Shown one piece after another: positions 41,791 through 50,996 of a stretch of DNA of 64,000 nucleotides. The stretch's first letter is position 1. Each line of letters starts with the position of its first letter. Under the pieces are notes generated by a model. The model saw only the letters and a list, made by a program, of their open reading frames with translations. It was not told where the DNA came from and searched no databases. The translations under genes were made by a program, and so were the position numbers. The DNA comes from Candidatus Dormiibacterota bacterium (GTDB lineage: Bacteria > Chloroflexota > Dormibacteria > Dormibacterales > Dormibacteraceae). Location of the stretch: NCBI GenBank assembly GCA_036518815.1, contig DATDML010000077.1, positions 620 to 64,619 on the forward strand, in the 5' to 3' direction.

Positions 41791-42903
41791 TCAGAGTACC
41801 GCCAGGGCGATCTGGTTGTGGAGATCCATGCCGCGCCGGGTAGGCGTGACGCGGCCGTTCTCGCGCTCGATCAGGCCGGCGCCGGCCAGCGTCGACAGCT
41901 CGTTTTCGAAGCCCGCCGGCACGGCTGCGCCCTCGGCCGTGCGCAGGCCGAGCATCAGCGCCTCCGCCTTCGTCTTGCGCGCATCGAGCTCCTCGCCATC
42001 AGCGCGTGGACCTGGACATGCGGCCACGTACTCGCGCGGGCGAGCCACGTTCCACCAGCGCTGCGCGGTCGCGCCATCGGTCGCGTAGGAATGCGCGCCT
42101 GCGCCCGCTCCGTACACCGGCGCACATCGCCAGTAGGCGAAGTTGTGCCGCGATTCGAAGCCAGGACGCGCCCAGTTGGAGACCTCGTATCGCGTGAACC
42201 GAGCAGACTCGAGCTCGGTGCATGCGGCGTCGAGCTGGTCCCATTGCAAGTCGGACTCGACCTCTGGCACCCTGCCCTCGGCGCGTCGACGGAACAGCAG
42301 CGTTCCCTCCTCGAAGGTCAGGCAGTAGGTCGACACGTGATCGGGCCCGAGGGCAATGGCGCGGCGCAGCGTCTCCAGCCACGAGTCGCGCGACTGAAAA
42401 GGCACTGCGTAGATGAGGTCGATGTTGATGTTGCGCATACCGGCCTGGCGCGCCAGCCTGAACGCCGCTGTCGCCTGCGCCGCATCGGTCCGCCGCTCGA
42501 GGACGGCGAGCGCGCGCCCGTCGAAGCCCTGCACGCCGAGGCTCAGGCGATTCACACCACCGTCGAGCCAGGCATCGAGGCGCGGCGCGTCCGTGCTGCC
42601 AGGGTTGGCCTCGAGCGTCACCTCCGCATCAGCCTCGACGTCGAAGATCTCCCGAATTCGCCGCAGCAAGCGCGTCATCAGCTCCGGCGGCAGCAGGCTG
42701 GGCGTGCCGCCGCCGAAATAGACGGTGCGCAATGCCCCGAACGGATAGGTCGCGCGCGCGTGCTCGAGCTCCGATACCAGCGCCTCGACGTAATCCGGCA
42801 TCAACCGGTCCATGCCCGCGTAGGCGTTGAAGTCGCAGTAGCCGCATTTGTGGCGGCAGAACGGTATGTGCACGTAGAGGTTCCGGAACGGAACCTGGGT
42901 CAT
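41791..42903 (-). CDS. hemW: Radical SAM heme chaperone HemW (HemN-like, oxygen-independent coproporphyrinogen oxidase family)
   Basis: Contains LYVHIPFCRHKCGYCDF (CxxxCxxC) and a HemN_C-like tail. Confidence 0.9.
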   Translation of the reverse strand: MTQVPFRNLYVHIPFCRHKCGYCDFNAYAGMDRLMPDYVEALVSELEHARATYPFGALRTVYFGGGTPSLLPPELMTRLLRRIREIFDVEADAEVTLEANPGSTDAPRLDAWLDGGVNRLSLGVQGFDGRALAVLERRTDAAQATAAFRLARQAGMRNINIDLIYAVPFQSRDSWLETLRRAIALGPDHVSTYCLTFEEGTLLFRRRAEGRVPEVESDLQWDQLDAACTELESARFTRYEVSNWARPGFESRHNFAYWRCAPVYGAGAGAHSYATDGATAQRWWNVARPREYVAACPGPRADGEELDARKTKAEALMLGLRTAEGAAVPAGFENELSTLAGAGLIERENGRVTPTRRGMDLHNQIALAVL

Positions 42904-43226
42904 ATCTGCTTGATGGTGTAGCGCTGCCCTCGCGCCGCCTCCAGCTCACGCGCCAGCAGCTCGTGCGCGCGCTTCTCGTTGGCGACCAACTCGTGGATGC
43001 GCTGCGACATGCGGTCTTCGACTCGCGCGATCTGACGCCCGATCGAAGCGACGTTGGCCCCCTGGTGACTTGCATAGCGCTCGCGCTTCCGCCACAGGCG
43101 CGCGTGCTCGTCGCGCAGCGGCGCGACCTCTCGGCGCACGCGGCAATCGAGGCACAGCTGCTCCTTGGTCTCGGAGCTGGGGACCTGCCGGCCGCAGTCG
43201 CGGCAGAAAACGAGAATCGAGCTCAT
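42900..43226 (-). CDS. Hypothetical zinc-ribbon (CxxC-X13-CxxC) plus coiled-coil protein
   Basis: 108-aa ORF with ATGA overlaps to both ybaK (43223-43226) and hemW (42900-42903). Contains FCRDCG...LCLDCR. Confidence 0.55.
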   Translation of the reverse strand: MSSILVFCRDCGRQVPSSETKEQLCLDCRVRREVAPLRDEHARLWRKRERYASHQGANVASIGRQIARVEDRMSQRIHELVANEKRAHELLARELEAARGQRYTIKQI

Positions 43227-43678
43227 CGGGTCTTGAGGTCTATTACCTCTGCCTTACTCAATTCCCGCAAGCGCGCCGGGTCAATCTCAAAAACCGAATC
43301 GGGCCGGCCCGCCGCCGCCCAGACCACGGGAAACGTGAGCAGGTCGCGATCCATGTAGACCGGCACGTCGGTCGCGTGCCCAAACGGCGGCACGCCGCCG
43401 ATGGCGTATCCAGTCGCGCTGCGCGCGACCTCGGCGTCGGCTTTGGTGACTGGCTCGCCGGCGACCGCGGCGAGGCGTGATTCGTCCAGCCGGTTGCCGC
43501 CGCTGACCAGCGCCAGCACGGGCCGGCCGCCCGCCATGAAGACCAAAGACTTCACGATCTGGCCGATCTCACAGCCGACCGCGCGAGCTGCGTCGGGCGC
43601 GGTGCGCGTGCCCTGCGGAAATTGCTTTACAGCGATGCCAAGACCGCTGCCCTCCAGCCAGGTTTCGAAGCGACCCAT
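43223..43678 (-). CDS. YbaK/EbsC-type aminoacyl-tRNA editing (deacylase) domain protein
   Basis: Contains IVKSLVF...VLALVSGGNRLD...GYAIGGVPPFGH. Confidence 0.8.
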   Translation of the reverse strand: MGRFETWLEGSGLGIAVKQFPQGTRTAPDAARAVGCEIGQIVKSLVFMAGGRPVLALVSGGNRLDESRLAAVAGEPVTKADAEVARSATGYAIGGVPPFGHATDVPVYMDRDLLTFPVVWAAAGRPDSVFEIDPARLRELSKAEVIDLKTR

Positions 43679-43685
43679 CGGTCAG

Positions 43686-43695
43686 AGGATAGGAT
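43686..43695. promoter_or_regulatory. Overlapping divergent -10-like boxes: TATCCT (-, 7 nt before ATG 43678) and TAGGAT (+, 6 nt before GTG 43702)
   Basis: The intergenic gap is 23 nt, and both boxes fit TANNNT at leaderless spacing. Confidence 0.4.
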
Positions 43696-43701
43696 CAGCC
43701 G

Positions 43702-44658
43702 GTGAAAGTCGTCGTTACAGGTGCCGCAGGCTTCATCGGCTCGCACCTCGTCGAGCGACTGCTGAGCGACGGCCACGACGTCGTCGGCATCGACGGATTC
43801 ACCGATTACTACGCGCGCAAGGCCAAGGAGCGCAACGTCGGCCAGGCGCGCACGCACAGCCGCTTCCGTTTCGAGTCCCTGGACCTGTCGCAGGATGACC
43901 TCCGCCCCGCCCTCGAAGGCGCCGAGGTCGTCTACCACCTTGCCGGCCGCCCCGGCGTGCGCACGGCGATCATGCAGTTCGAGCAGTACATGCGCGAGAA
44001 CGTGGTCGCGACGCATCACCTCCTGGACGCCGTCAAGGACATGCAGCTGAAGGCCTTCGTGTACGGCGGCTCCGCATCGGTGTACGGCGACGCGGAGGTC
44101 TTTCCGACTGTCGAGACCACGGTGCCCGCGCCGCTGTCGCAGTACGGCGTCACCAAGCTGGCCGCCGAGCACCTGACGTACGTGTACTGGAAGACGTACC
44201 GCGTACCCGCGGTGCGGCTTCGCTTTTTCTCCGTCTACGGCCCGCGCATGCGGCCCGACCTGATGCTCGCAGTGGCAATGCAGGCGATGTATGACGGACG
44301 CGTCTTCGACGTTCACGGCGATGGCGAGCAGACGCGCGACTTCACATACGTCACCGATGCTGTCGACGTCACGGTGCGCGCCGCCGAACGCGGCTCGCCG
44401 GGCGAGCTCTACAACGTCGGCGGCGGCAGCAGCGTGTCAGTGAACCGCGCGCTTGACGTCCTGGCCGAGGTCGCGGGCATGCAGCTCACGCGGCGCCACG
44501 TCGAGCGGCAGCCGTTCGATCACCGCCGCGCCGGCGCTTCCATCACGCGGGCGCGCATGCAGCTGGGCTGGGAGCCGCGCACGTCCTTGCAGGAAGGGCT
44601 CGAGCGCCAGTGGCACTGGTTCCTGGAGACGCAGGAGCAGAAGGCTACTAAGGCGTAG
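43702..44658 (+). CDS. NAD-dependent epimerase/dehydratase (UDP-sugar epimerase/decarboxylase-like SDR)
   Basis: Contains VTGAAGFIGSHLVERLL and YGVTKLAAEHL (YxxxK). Confidence 0.85.
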   Translation: MKVVVTGAAGFIGSHLVERLLSDGHDVVGIDGFTDYYARKAKERNVGQARTHSRFRFESLDLSQDDLRPALEGAEVVYHLAGRPGVRTAIMQFEQYMRENVVATHHLLDAVKDMQLKAFVYGGSASVYGDAEVFPTVETTVPAPLSQYGVTKLAAEHLTYVYWKTYRVPAVRLRFFSVYGPRMRPDLMLAVAMQAMYDGRVFDVHGDGEQTRDFTYVTDAVDVTVRAAERGSPGELYNVGGGSSVSVNRALDVLAEVAGMQLTRRHVERQPFDHRRAGASITRARMQLGWEPRTSLQEGLERQWHWFLETQEQKATKA

Positions 44659-44711
44659 AGGCGCGGCCATCAAGCCCACGCTGGATCTTCGGCGCGGGTT
44701 GCTGCCGCGCT

Positions 44712-45758
44712 CTAGGCAGCCAGGCGCGAGTGCCAGGAGTCGATGACGCGGCCCAGCGGCGATTCGCACGCGCGCGAGGCGGCTTCGTATGGCGACAGCG
44801 AGTTGCAGAACAGCAGGCCGACATGCGAGCCCGCCAGGAGGAACGCGTAGTACTCGCCGATGTTGGCCGCGTATCCCGACGCCACGCCGGATGAGTCGAG
44901 GTTGCTGCTGCCGATGGCAAGGTCGATCCAGCTCGCGGCGTCAGCATCGCTGGAGAAGGTGAAGACGACAGCGCGCACTTCCATGTTCAGGTCGGCGTTG
45001 AGCGCGTAGTCGCCGAACAGGAAGTCCTTGACGCCACGCGTGGTGAATGAATCGGTCACGTCCTGGGGCGACCCCGCGCCCAACAGCTCTGCGGCGGCCT
45101 CGATGGGCAACCTCACCGCGGCCGCGAGCGTGACGTCGGTACCCAGCGGCAGCAGCAATTGCTGATCGCCGGCGGGCAGCGGGCTCGGCTTCGCCTTGGA
45201 TTTAGTGGCCGACTTGAGCTTCGACACAAGCTTGTTCGCGAGCTTGCCCATCTGGCTCGTTGAGGCGTAACCCTGCGCCTGGCTGAGGTCGATCTGTATC
45301 AGCACCTGGCCGAGGCGAACGAGGGCGTTGGTGTCGTACAGGGACGTATCAGTCGGTGTCCGCGTGTTGAAGTAAATCGCGCCGTCCCCCGCTTTTGGAC
45401 CGGTGACGGTGGTGGTGTTGTTCTGCTCGAAGTTGAACAGCGCTGTCGCTGTGGAGACCGAGTTCAAAACCTCGTAGTCGACGATCAGGGCCTCCGACGA
45501 TCCCACGTGCACGAAGCGCTGCGTGATTCCAAACCTGATTGCGTCGGACATGGTCGGGAGGCCGAGGGGCCGGATGCGAAAGGACGGCGTCACCGGCCAC
45601 CAGGTATCCGATCCGAGCGCCGACCTCACGTCCTGCGTGGTTGGGCCGGCGGAGTAAACCTGATCGGGCGTGCCGCCCCCGCCGCTGCTCGTCGACCGCG
45701 TGCAGGCGGCCAGCAGCAGCACGGCCACGACGGCCAGCGCCACCACTCTTCTAATCAA
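44712..45758 (-). CDS. Hypothetical lipoprotein
   Basis: Signal peptide plus lipobox (VAVLLLAAC). I recognise no family. Its start overlaps the lepA stop by 8 nt. Confidence 0.6.
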   Translation of the reverse strand: MIRRVVALAVVAVLLLAACTRSTSSGGGGTPDQVYSAGPTTQDVRSALGSDTWWPVTPSFRIRPLGLPTMSDAIRFGITQRFVHVGSSEALIVDYEVLNSVSTATALFNFEQNNTTTVTGPKAGDGAIYFNTRTPTDTSLYDTNALVRLGQVLIQIDLSQAQGYASTSQMGKLANKLVSKLKSATKSKAKPSPLPAGDQQLLLPLGTDVTLAAAVRLPIEAAAELLGAGSPQDVTDSFTTRGVKDFLFGDYALNADLNMEVRAVVFTFSSDADAASWIDLAIGSSNLDSSGVASGYAANIGEYYAFLLAGSHVGLLFCNSLSPYEAASRACESPLGRVIDSWHSRLAA

Positions 45759-47559
45759 GCTTCAACACCGCCATGAAAGCCTCCTGCGGGATCTCGACCG
45801 AACCGACGCGCTTCATGCGCCTCTTGCCTTCCTTCTGCTTCTCGAGCAGTTTGCGCTTCCGCGTGACGTCACCGCCATAGCATTTGGCAAGCACGTCCTT
45901 GCGCATCGCGGGTATGGTCTCGCGCGCGATCACCTTGCCGCCGATAGCGGCTTGCAGTGGCACCTCGTAAAGCTGCCGCGGAATGATCGACTTGAGCTTC
46001 TCGACCAGCCGCCGGCCCTGGGCCTGGGCCTTCGTGCGGTGCGTGATCAGCGACAGCGCGTCGACCGGCTCAGCGGCGACCAGAACGTCGAGCTTGACGA
46101 GCTCGCCTTCGCGGAACCCGATCATCTCGTAGTCCATCGACGCGTAGCCCTTGGAGCGCGACTTCAGCTGGTCGTAGAAGTCGTGGATGATCTCGCCCAG
46201 CGGAATCTCGTAGTCGAGGACTATGCGGTCGCCGGGCCGGTGCTCTAGGTGCTTGAACGCCCCGCGCCGGTCCTGGCAGAGCTCCATCATCGGCCCGACG
46301 TAGTTCGACGGCACGATGATCGACAGCTTCACAAAAGGCTCGGCGATTGACTCGATGCTCGTCGGATCCGGCAGCAGCGAGGGGTTGTCGATCTCGACCA
46401 TTCCGCCTCGCTTGAGCTTCACCTCGTACTCGACTGTGGGCGCGGTCGTGATCAGGTCGAGCTCGAACTCGCGCTCGAGGCGCTCCTGCACGATCTCGAG
46501 GTGCAGCAGCCCGAGGAATCCGCACCTGAAGCCGAACCCGAGCGCCGCCGAGTTTTCGGGCTCGTATGAGAGGGCGGCGTCGTTGAGCTGCAGCTTCTCC
46601 AGCGCCTCTTTCAAATCCGCGAACTGGTCGGAGTCGGTGGGAAAGAGCCCGGCGAACACCATGGGCTTGACGCGCCGATAGCCAGGCAGCGGCTCCCTCG
46701 CCCCATGCTCCGAGGTGGTGATGGTGTCGCCCACGCGCGCGTCGATGACGTTTTTGATCGCCGCCGTCACGTAGCCGACCTCGCCGGCGCTGAGCCTTTC
46801 TGCGGGCCGCGGCCGCGGCGCGAACCAGCCGACCTCGTCGACCTCGTGGACCTTGCCGGTGTTCATCATCCGGATCTTTGTGCGCGGCAGGATCTCGCCG
46901 TCGACGACGCGAACGTAGGTGATCACGCCGCGATAGACGTCGTAGTGCGAATCGAAGATCAGGGCGCGGAGCGGCTTGCTCGGATCGCCGCGAGGCGGCG
47001 GCACGCGATTGATGACCGCCTCGAGGATCTCCTGGGTGCCGATGCCGAGCTTGGCCGACGCGAAGATGACCTCGCTGCGGGGCAGGCCGGTGATGTCGGC
47101 GATCTCTTCGGCCACCATCTCCGGTTGCGCGGCGTCGAGGTCGATTTTGTTGACGACCGGGACGATCCTCAGTCCCGCCTCGACCGCCTGATAAAGGTTC
47201 GCGAGCGTCTGCGCCTCGATGCCCTGCGCCGCATCCACCACCAGGATGGCGCCTTCACACGCTGCCAGCGACCGCGACACCTCGTATGCGAAGTCGACGT
47301 GGCCTGGCGTGTCGATGAGGTTCAGCTCGTAGGTTTGACCGTCCGAAGCGGGGTACTGCATCCGGACCGCCTGGAGCTTGATGGTGATGCCGCGCTCGCG
47401 CTCCAGGTCCATGGTGTCGAGGACCTGGTCCTGCATCTCGCGCTGGCTGATCGAGCCGGTGAACTCGAGCAGGCGGTCGGCCAGCGTGGATTTGCCGTGA
47501 TCGATGTGCGCGATGATGCAGAAGTTCCGCACCAGCGCCTGCCGCGTCGTGACCGCCAT
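45751..47559 (-). CDS. lepA: Translation elongation factor 4 (LepA)
   Basis: Trimmed to ATG 47557-47559 ([25 protein letters not shown]). Contains G-domain motifs and the LepA C-terminal domain. Confidence 0.95.
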   Translation of the reverse strand: MAVTTRQALVRNFCIIAHIDHGKSTLADRLLEFTGSISQREMQDQVLDTMDLERERGITIKLQAVRMQYPASDGQTYELNLIDTPGHVDFAYEVSRSLAACEGAILVVDAAQGIEAQTLANLYQAVEAGLRIVPVVNKIDLDAAQPEMVAEEIADITGLPRSEVIFASAKLGIGTQEILEAVINRVPPPRGDPSKPLRALIFDSHYDVYRGVITYVRVVDGEILPRTKIRMMNTGKVHEVDEVGWFAPRPRPAERLSAGEVGYVTAAIKNVIDARVGDTITTSEHGAREPLPGYRRVKPMVFAGLFPTDSDQFADLKEALEKLQLNDAALSYEPENSAALGFGFRCGFLGLLHLEIVQERLEREFELDLITTAPTVEYEVKLKRGGMVEIDNPSLLPDPTSIESIAEPFVKLSIIVPSNYVGPMMELCQDRRGAFKHLEHRPGDRIVLDYEIPLGEIIHDFYDQLKSRSKGYASMDYEMIGFREGELVKLDVLVAAEPVDALSLITHRTKAQAQGRRLVEKLKSIIPRQLYEVPLQAAIGGKVIARETIPAMRKDVLAKCYGGDVTRKRKLLEKQKEGKRRMKRVGSVEIPQEAFMAVLKLD

Positions 47560-47566
47560 GGCGAAA

Positions 47567-47881
47567 ATGCTAGGGACCGTGGACCTGCTGCTGATCTTGG
47601 GGCTCATCCTGGTGTTTGCGGCGGCCGCGCTTTGGGTGTCGCGCGACTATGTGACCAGGCACGTGACCTCGAAGTCCCTGGGAAGTCTCGCCCCCGGATT
47701 CGCGGCGACGCGCAGCGGCTATTTCATCTACACGGGCCTTGTGACCGACATCGGCCTGATCCTGATCGCTCTGCACTTCAGCAACGCCTGGTTACTGCTG
47801 GCAGCGATCGTGCTCTTCGTCGTCGAATCGATCGCGGCGATCGCAGGAGAGGTCGTGGTCTATCGCGGGCTGAAGCGCTAA
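47567..47881 (+). CDS. Small three-TM membrane protein, unknown function; start uncertain
   Basis: The ORF 47504-47881 has hydrophobic helices, but any start before 47560 overlaps lepA. In-frame candidates are ATG 47558, ATG 47567 and GTG 47579. Confidence 0.4.
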   Translation: MLGTVDLLLILGLILVFAAAALWVSRDYVTRHVTSKSLGSLAPGFAATRSGYFIYTGLVTDIGLILIALHFSNAWLLLAAIVLFVVESIAAIAGEVVVYRGLKR

Positions 47882-47896
47882 GGCGCTCCCAACGAG

Positions 47897-48259
47897 TCAG
47901 GACGTGACAGCGGCCTCCCAGCCGTCGTATTCACCGCCGAGTCTGGACGCCAGGCCTTCAAACAGCGAACGCATCTCCTGGATGTTCGCTGCTGTTGGGA
48001 TCATGTCCTTGTTTGCCCGGGCCAGCCAGTTAGGACCCGTGGCCGCGGGCCTGACCTTGACTGTGAAACCTGCCGCACGCAGCGGCACGGCGGCTTCCTC
48101 AGCCCGAGCCTCGTCCGGCAAATAGAGGTAGTTCACGAGGTCGGTCGCCTTTCCAAGGTCGGCACCGGCGCGCGCCAGCTGGGTGAGAGTTGCCTGGTCG
48201 AGGGAGGCTTTGGCCGGCTGCTTCGCCGAGCCGCCGAAGATTCTGGACAACCATCTCAT
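47897..48259 (-). CDS. RraB-like (regulator of ribonuclease activity B family) protein
   Basis: The C-terminal GGEYDGWE motif and the alpha/beta length are typical of the RraB family. Confidence 0.55.
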   Translation of the reverse strand: MRWLSRIFGGSAKQPAKASLDQATLTQLARAGADLGKATDLVNYLYLPDEARAEEAAVPLRAAGFTVKVRPAATGPNWLARANKDMIPTAANIQEMRSLFEGLASRLGGEYDGWEAAVTS

Positions 48260-48268
48260 CTTTCGATC

Positions 48269-48922
48269 TTATGACCCACTACCGACGGCGATTGCCGTCG
48301 CGACTATTGCCGCGGTATCCGCCCGCAGGTTGCGCGGCCCTAGGGTCGCCTGCGCCGGCACCATCGCCAGCTCGCGCTCGCTCCAGCCACCTTCAGGTCC
48401 GATCAGCAGCGTGATGTCGCCACTCGATGGGATCGTGTTGTCCGCTCCCCGCACAAGCATCACCGCGTTTTCGTCAATAACCTCGTCCAGCGGCGACGGT
48501 CCCGCGACTTCCGGCACGTGAAGCCGCCCCGCCAGCATCGCCGCCTCGCGGCAGATGCTCTGCCATCGCTCCATCCGCGAGCCGCGCGCAACGCTGCGGT
48601 CGGCCGACACGATCTGAAACGCGGCCGCCCCTACCTCGGTGCAGCGAGACAAGACCAGATCGAGCGACGCGGCCGGCAGCTGGGCAATCGCCACGACCAC
48701 CCGGCGGGCCGGCTCCGGCCGGTGCTCCTGCTCGGCCACGATGAGACCAGAAACCAACGACGGCGAGATTGAATCGACGCGGATGGTCAACAGAAACCCT
48801 TTGAGGTCGACGACCTGGAGCTCTTCACCGTCGCGCACGCGCAGCGACCGCGTGAGATGACGAGCGTCGGCGTCACGGATCAGCGCGTGATCGCCGTCGC
48901 GCTCCGCGAAAAAGAATGGCAC
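48269..48922 (-). CDS. rsmE: 16S rRNA (uracil1498-N3)-methyltransferase RsmE
   Basis: Contains the LLIGPEGGWSERE motif and a PUA-like N-terminus. Confidence 0.85.
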   Translation of the reverse strand: MPFFFAERDGDHALIRDADARHLTRSLRVRDGEELQVVDLKGFLLTIRVDSISPSLVSGLIVAEQEHRPEPARRVVVAIAQLPAASLDLVLSRCTEVGAAAFQIVSADRSVARGSRMERWQSICREAAMLAGRLHVPEVAGPSPLDEVIDENAVMLVRGADNTIPSSGDITLLIGPEGGWSERELAMVPAQATLGPRNLRADTAAIVATAIAVGSGS

Positions 48923-49239
48923 TACATCATCGAGGCAGTTTCGTACACGGCGACGCTGCCACCACTCTTCAATATCGGGCAGTCCTTCGCCATGCGCGTC
49001 GCGCGGTCGAGATCCTTCGCGTCGAGAATCGCGTAACCGGTCGCGCGCCGGCCGATCGGACCCTTCGCGGTCGAACCGTCATCACGCACCTTGTTCACGC
49101 GTCCGGAAAAAGGCAGGCCCGCATCTACCACTGACTTGCCGAGCTTGCGATACCAAGTGTCCCACTGGCGCAGCACTCGCGCCTGCGCAGCCTGCGTATC
49201 CGGCATTCCACCGCCATAAAAAACGAGCACGTACTTCAT
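48922..49239 (-). CDS. YciI-like/DGPF family protein
   Basis: 105 aa with MKYVLVFYGG..., a D...A..MAK.CP pattern, and a G.V.VYE ending. Confidence 0.65.
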   Translation of the reverse strand: MKYVLVFYGGGMPDTQAAQARVLRQWDTWYRKLGKSVVDAGLPFSGRVNKVRDDGSTAKGPIGRRATGYAILDAKDLDRATRMAKDCPILKSGGSVAVYETASMM

Positions 49240-49826
49240 GCGAGCCTCCCGCGCAATTGTGAGATGTGCGTCAGCGCGCGAGTGAGCCTTTCGCGATTCG
49301 CTGCGTCGTTGAGCCAGCGGCTTTGACCCGACGGATGCGGCAGCGGCACCATCACCGGTTGCGTGCCGAACGTCTCGCCCACACGAGACTCCAACGAACC
49401 CGGCCCGAGAAAACGCACGATCGCCATCTGGCCGACGAGGATGAGCACGCGCGGCCGCAGCAAATCGAGCTCGGCATCAAGCCAGTGCGCGCAGTTGGCG
49501 ACGCCACGCGGCGGCGGACGAAGATCGCCATTGCCGCGCGAGTTGCGACCAGGGAAGCAGCGCATCAACGCGGCGATGTATGTGACACGGCGGAATTCTT
49601 CGGCGGACTCGAAGCCCGCGCGCAGCATCCAGCGGTCGAGCTCCTTGCCCGCCCGCCCGGAAAAAGGCTTTCGCGACACGCGCTCGACAGGCCCCGGCGC
49701 CTGACCGACCAGCAGGAACTTCGCTCCCCACTCCCCGGAGAAAGTCGGATTGGCCTCAGCGATGATGCCCTCGGCGGCGCAGACGGTGCAGGCGCGGCAT
49801 GCAACCTGATGGGCGGCCAGGGCCAC
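49236..49826 (-). CDS. Uracil-DNA glycosylase superfamily protein (Fe-S type, family 4/5-like)
   Basis: Trimmed to GTG 49824-49826. N-terminal CxxCxxC is followed by motif A LLVGQAPG and motif B PLPHPSGQS. Confidence 0.7.
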   Translation of the reverse strand: MALAAHQVACRACTVCAAEGIIAEANPTFSGEWGAKFLLVGQAPGPVERVSRKPFSGRAGKELDRWMLRAGFESAEEFRRVTYIAALMRCFPGRNSRGNGDLRPPPRGVANCAHWLDAELDLLRPRVLILVGQMAIVRFLGPGSLESRVGETFGTQPVMVPLPHPSGQSRWLNDAANRERLTRALTHISQLRGRLA

Positions 49827-49866
49827 GCGAGTGGGGCGAGTCACGTTCCCCGTAACATGCCATGCG

Positions 49867-50946
49867 ATGCCGGCACCGACGAACCAGGAAGTGCTCGACG
49901 CGCTGTCCCAGATCCACGACCCGGACCTGGGCCGCGACGTGGTCAGCCTGGGCATGATCAAAGAACTGGCCATCGACCAGCAAGGCCGGGTCAGCTTCAC
50001 TTTCGAGCTCACCACGCCCGCGTGCCCGGTGCGCGATCGCTTCAAGTCGCAGGCCCAAGACGCCGTCGGTGCGATCCCGGGCGTGACGGGCGTCGAGGTG
50101 CGAATGACCGCCAACGTGCGGCCCGCGTTCATGCGCCCCAAGCCCTCGGAGATCTTGCCCGGCGTCAAGCAGACGATCGCGGTGGCCTCGGGCAAGGGCG
50201 GCGTGGGCAAGTCCACTGTCGCCGTCAATCTCGCAGCGGCGCTGCGCAAGGCCGGCGCCGAGGTCGGATTGCTGGACGCGGACATCTACGGGCCGTCGGT
50301 CCCGGCCATGACCAACTCGCGCGTGACGCCAGAGCAGGTCAACGGCCAGTTGCGACCGGTCGACGCGCACGGCCTGAAGGTGATGTCGTTCGGACAGATC
50401 TATCCGGGCGACCAGCCGACCATCTATCGCGGCCCCATGGTCGGCAAGGCGATCGAGGCGATGATGGTCCAGGTCGACTGGGGACGGCTCGACTACCTGG
50501 TGATCGACCTGCCCCCGGGCACGGGCGACGCGTCGCTGACGCTGGCGCAGGCCGTGCCGCTCACCGGCGTCGCCATCGTGTGCACGCCGCAGGACGTGGC
50601 CACCGACATCGCGATCAAGGCGCTGCAGATGTTTCGCAAGCTGAACGTGACGCCTCTCGGCCTCATCGAGAACATGAGCTGGTACGTGTGCCCCAGCTGC
50701 GGGCACCGGCACGAGATCTTCAGCCACGGCGGCGCCGAAGCAGCGGCGCAGCGGTTGGGCGTTCCGTTCCTCGGCGCCATTCCGCTCGAGGAATCGATCC
50801 GCGAAGACGCAGACAGGGGCACGCCGGTCGTGATCTCGCGGCCTGAGTCCGCGGGCGCGAAGGCGTTCGTCGAGATCGCGTCTCAGGTCGCGGCGCGCAC
50901 GTCGATCCAGTCGTTCCGCCAGTTGCCCGTCATCAACGTCCGCTGA
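49867..50946 (+). CDS. Mrp/NBP35/ApbC-type Fe-S cluster carrier ATPase with N-terminal DUF59 (MIP18) domain
   Basis: Trimmed to ATG 49867. Contains IHDPDLGRDVVSLGMI (DUF59), SGKGGVGKST, and CPSCGH. Confidence 0.9.
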   Translation: MPAPTNQEVLDALSQIHDPDLGRDVVSLGMIKELAIDQQGRVSFTFELTTPACPVRDRFKSQAQDAVGAIPGVTGVEVRMTANVRPAFMRPKPSEILPGVKQTIAVASGKGGVGKSTVAVNLAAALRKAGAEVGLLDADIYGPSVPAMTNSRVTPEQVNGQLRPVDAHGLKVMSFGQIYPGDQPTIYRGPMVGKAIEAMMVQVDWGRLDYLVIDLPPGTGDASLTLAQAVPLTGVAIVCTPQDVATDIAIKALQMFRKLNVTPLGLIENMSWYVCPSCGHRHEIFSHGGAEAAAQRLGVPFLGAIPLEESIREDADRGTPVVISRPESAGAKAFVEIASQVAARTSIQSFRQLPVINVR

Positions 50947-50996
50947 AAGACCCGGATCCGTTCCCGGTCAGCGTCGACGTCGACCGCGCCCAGCAG

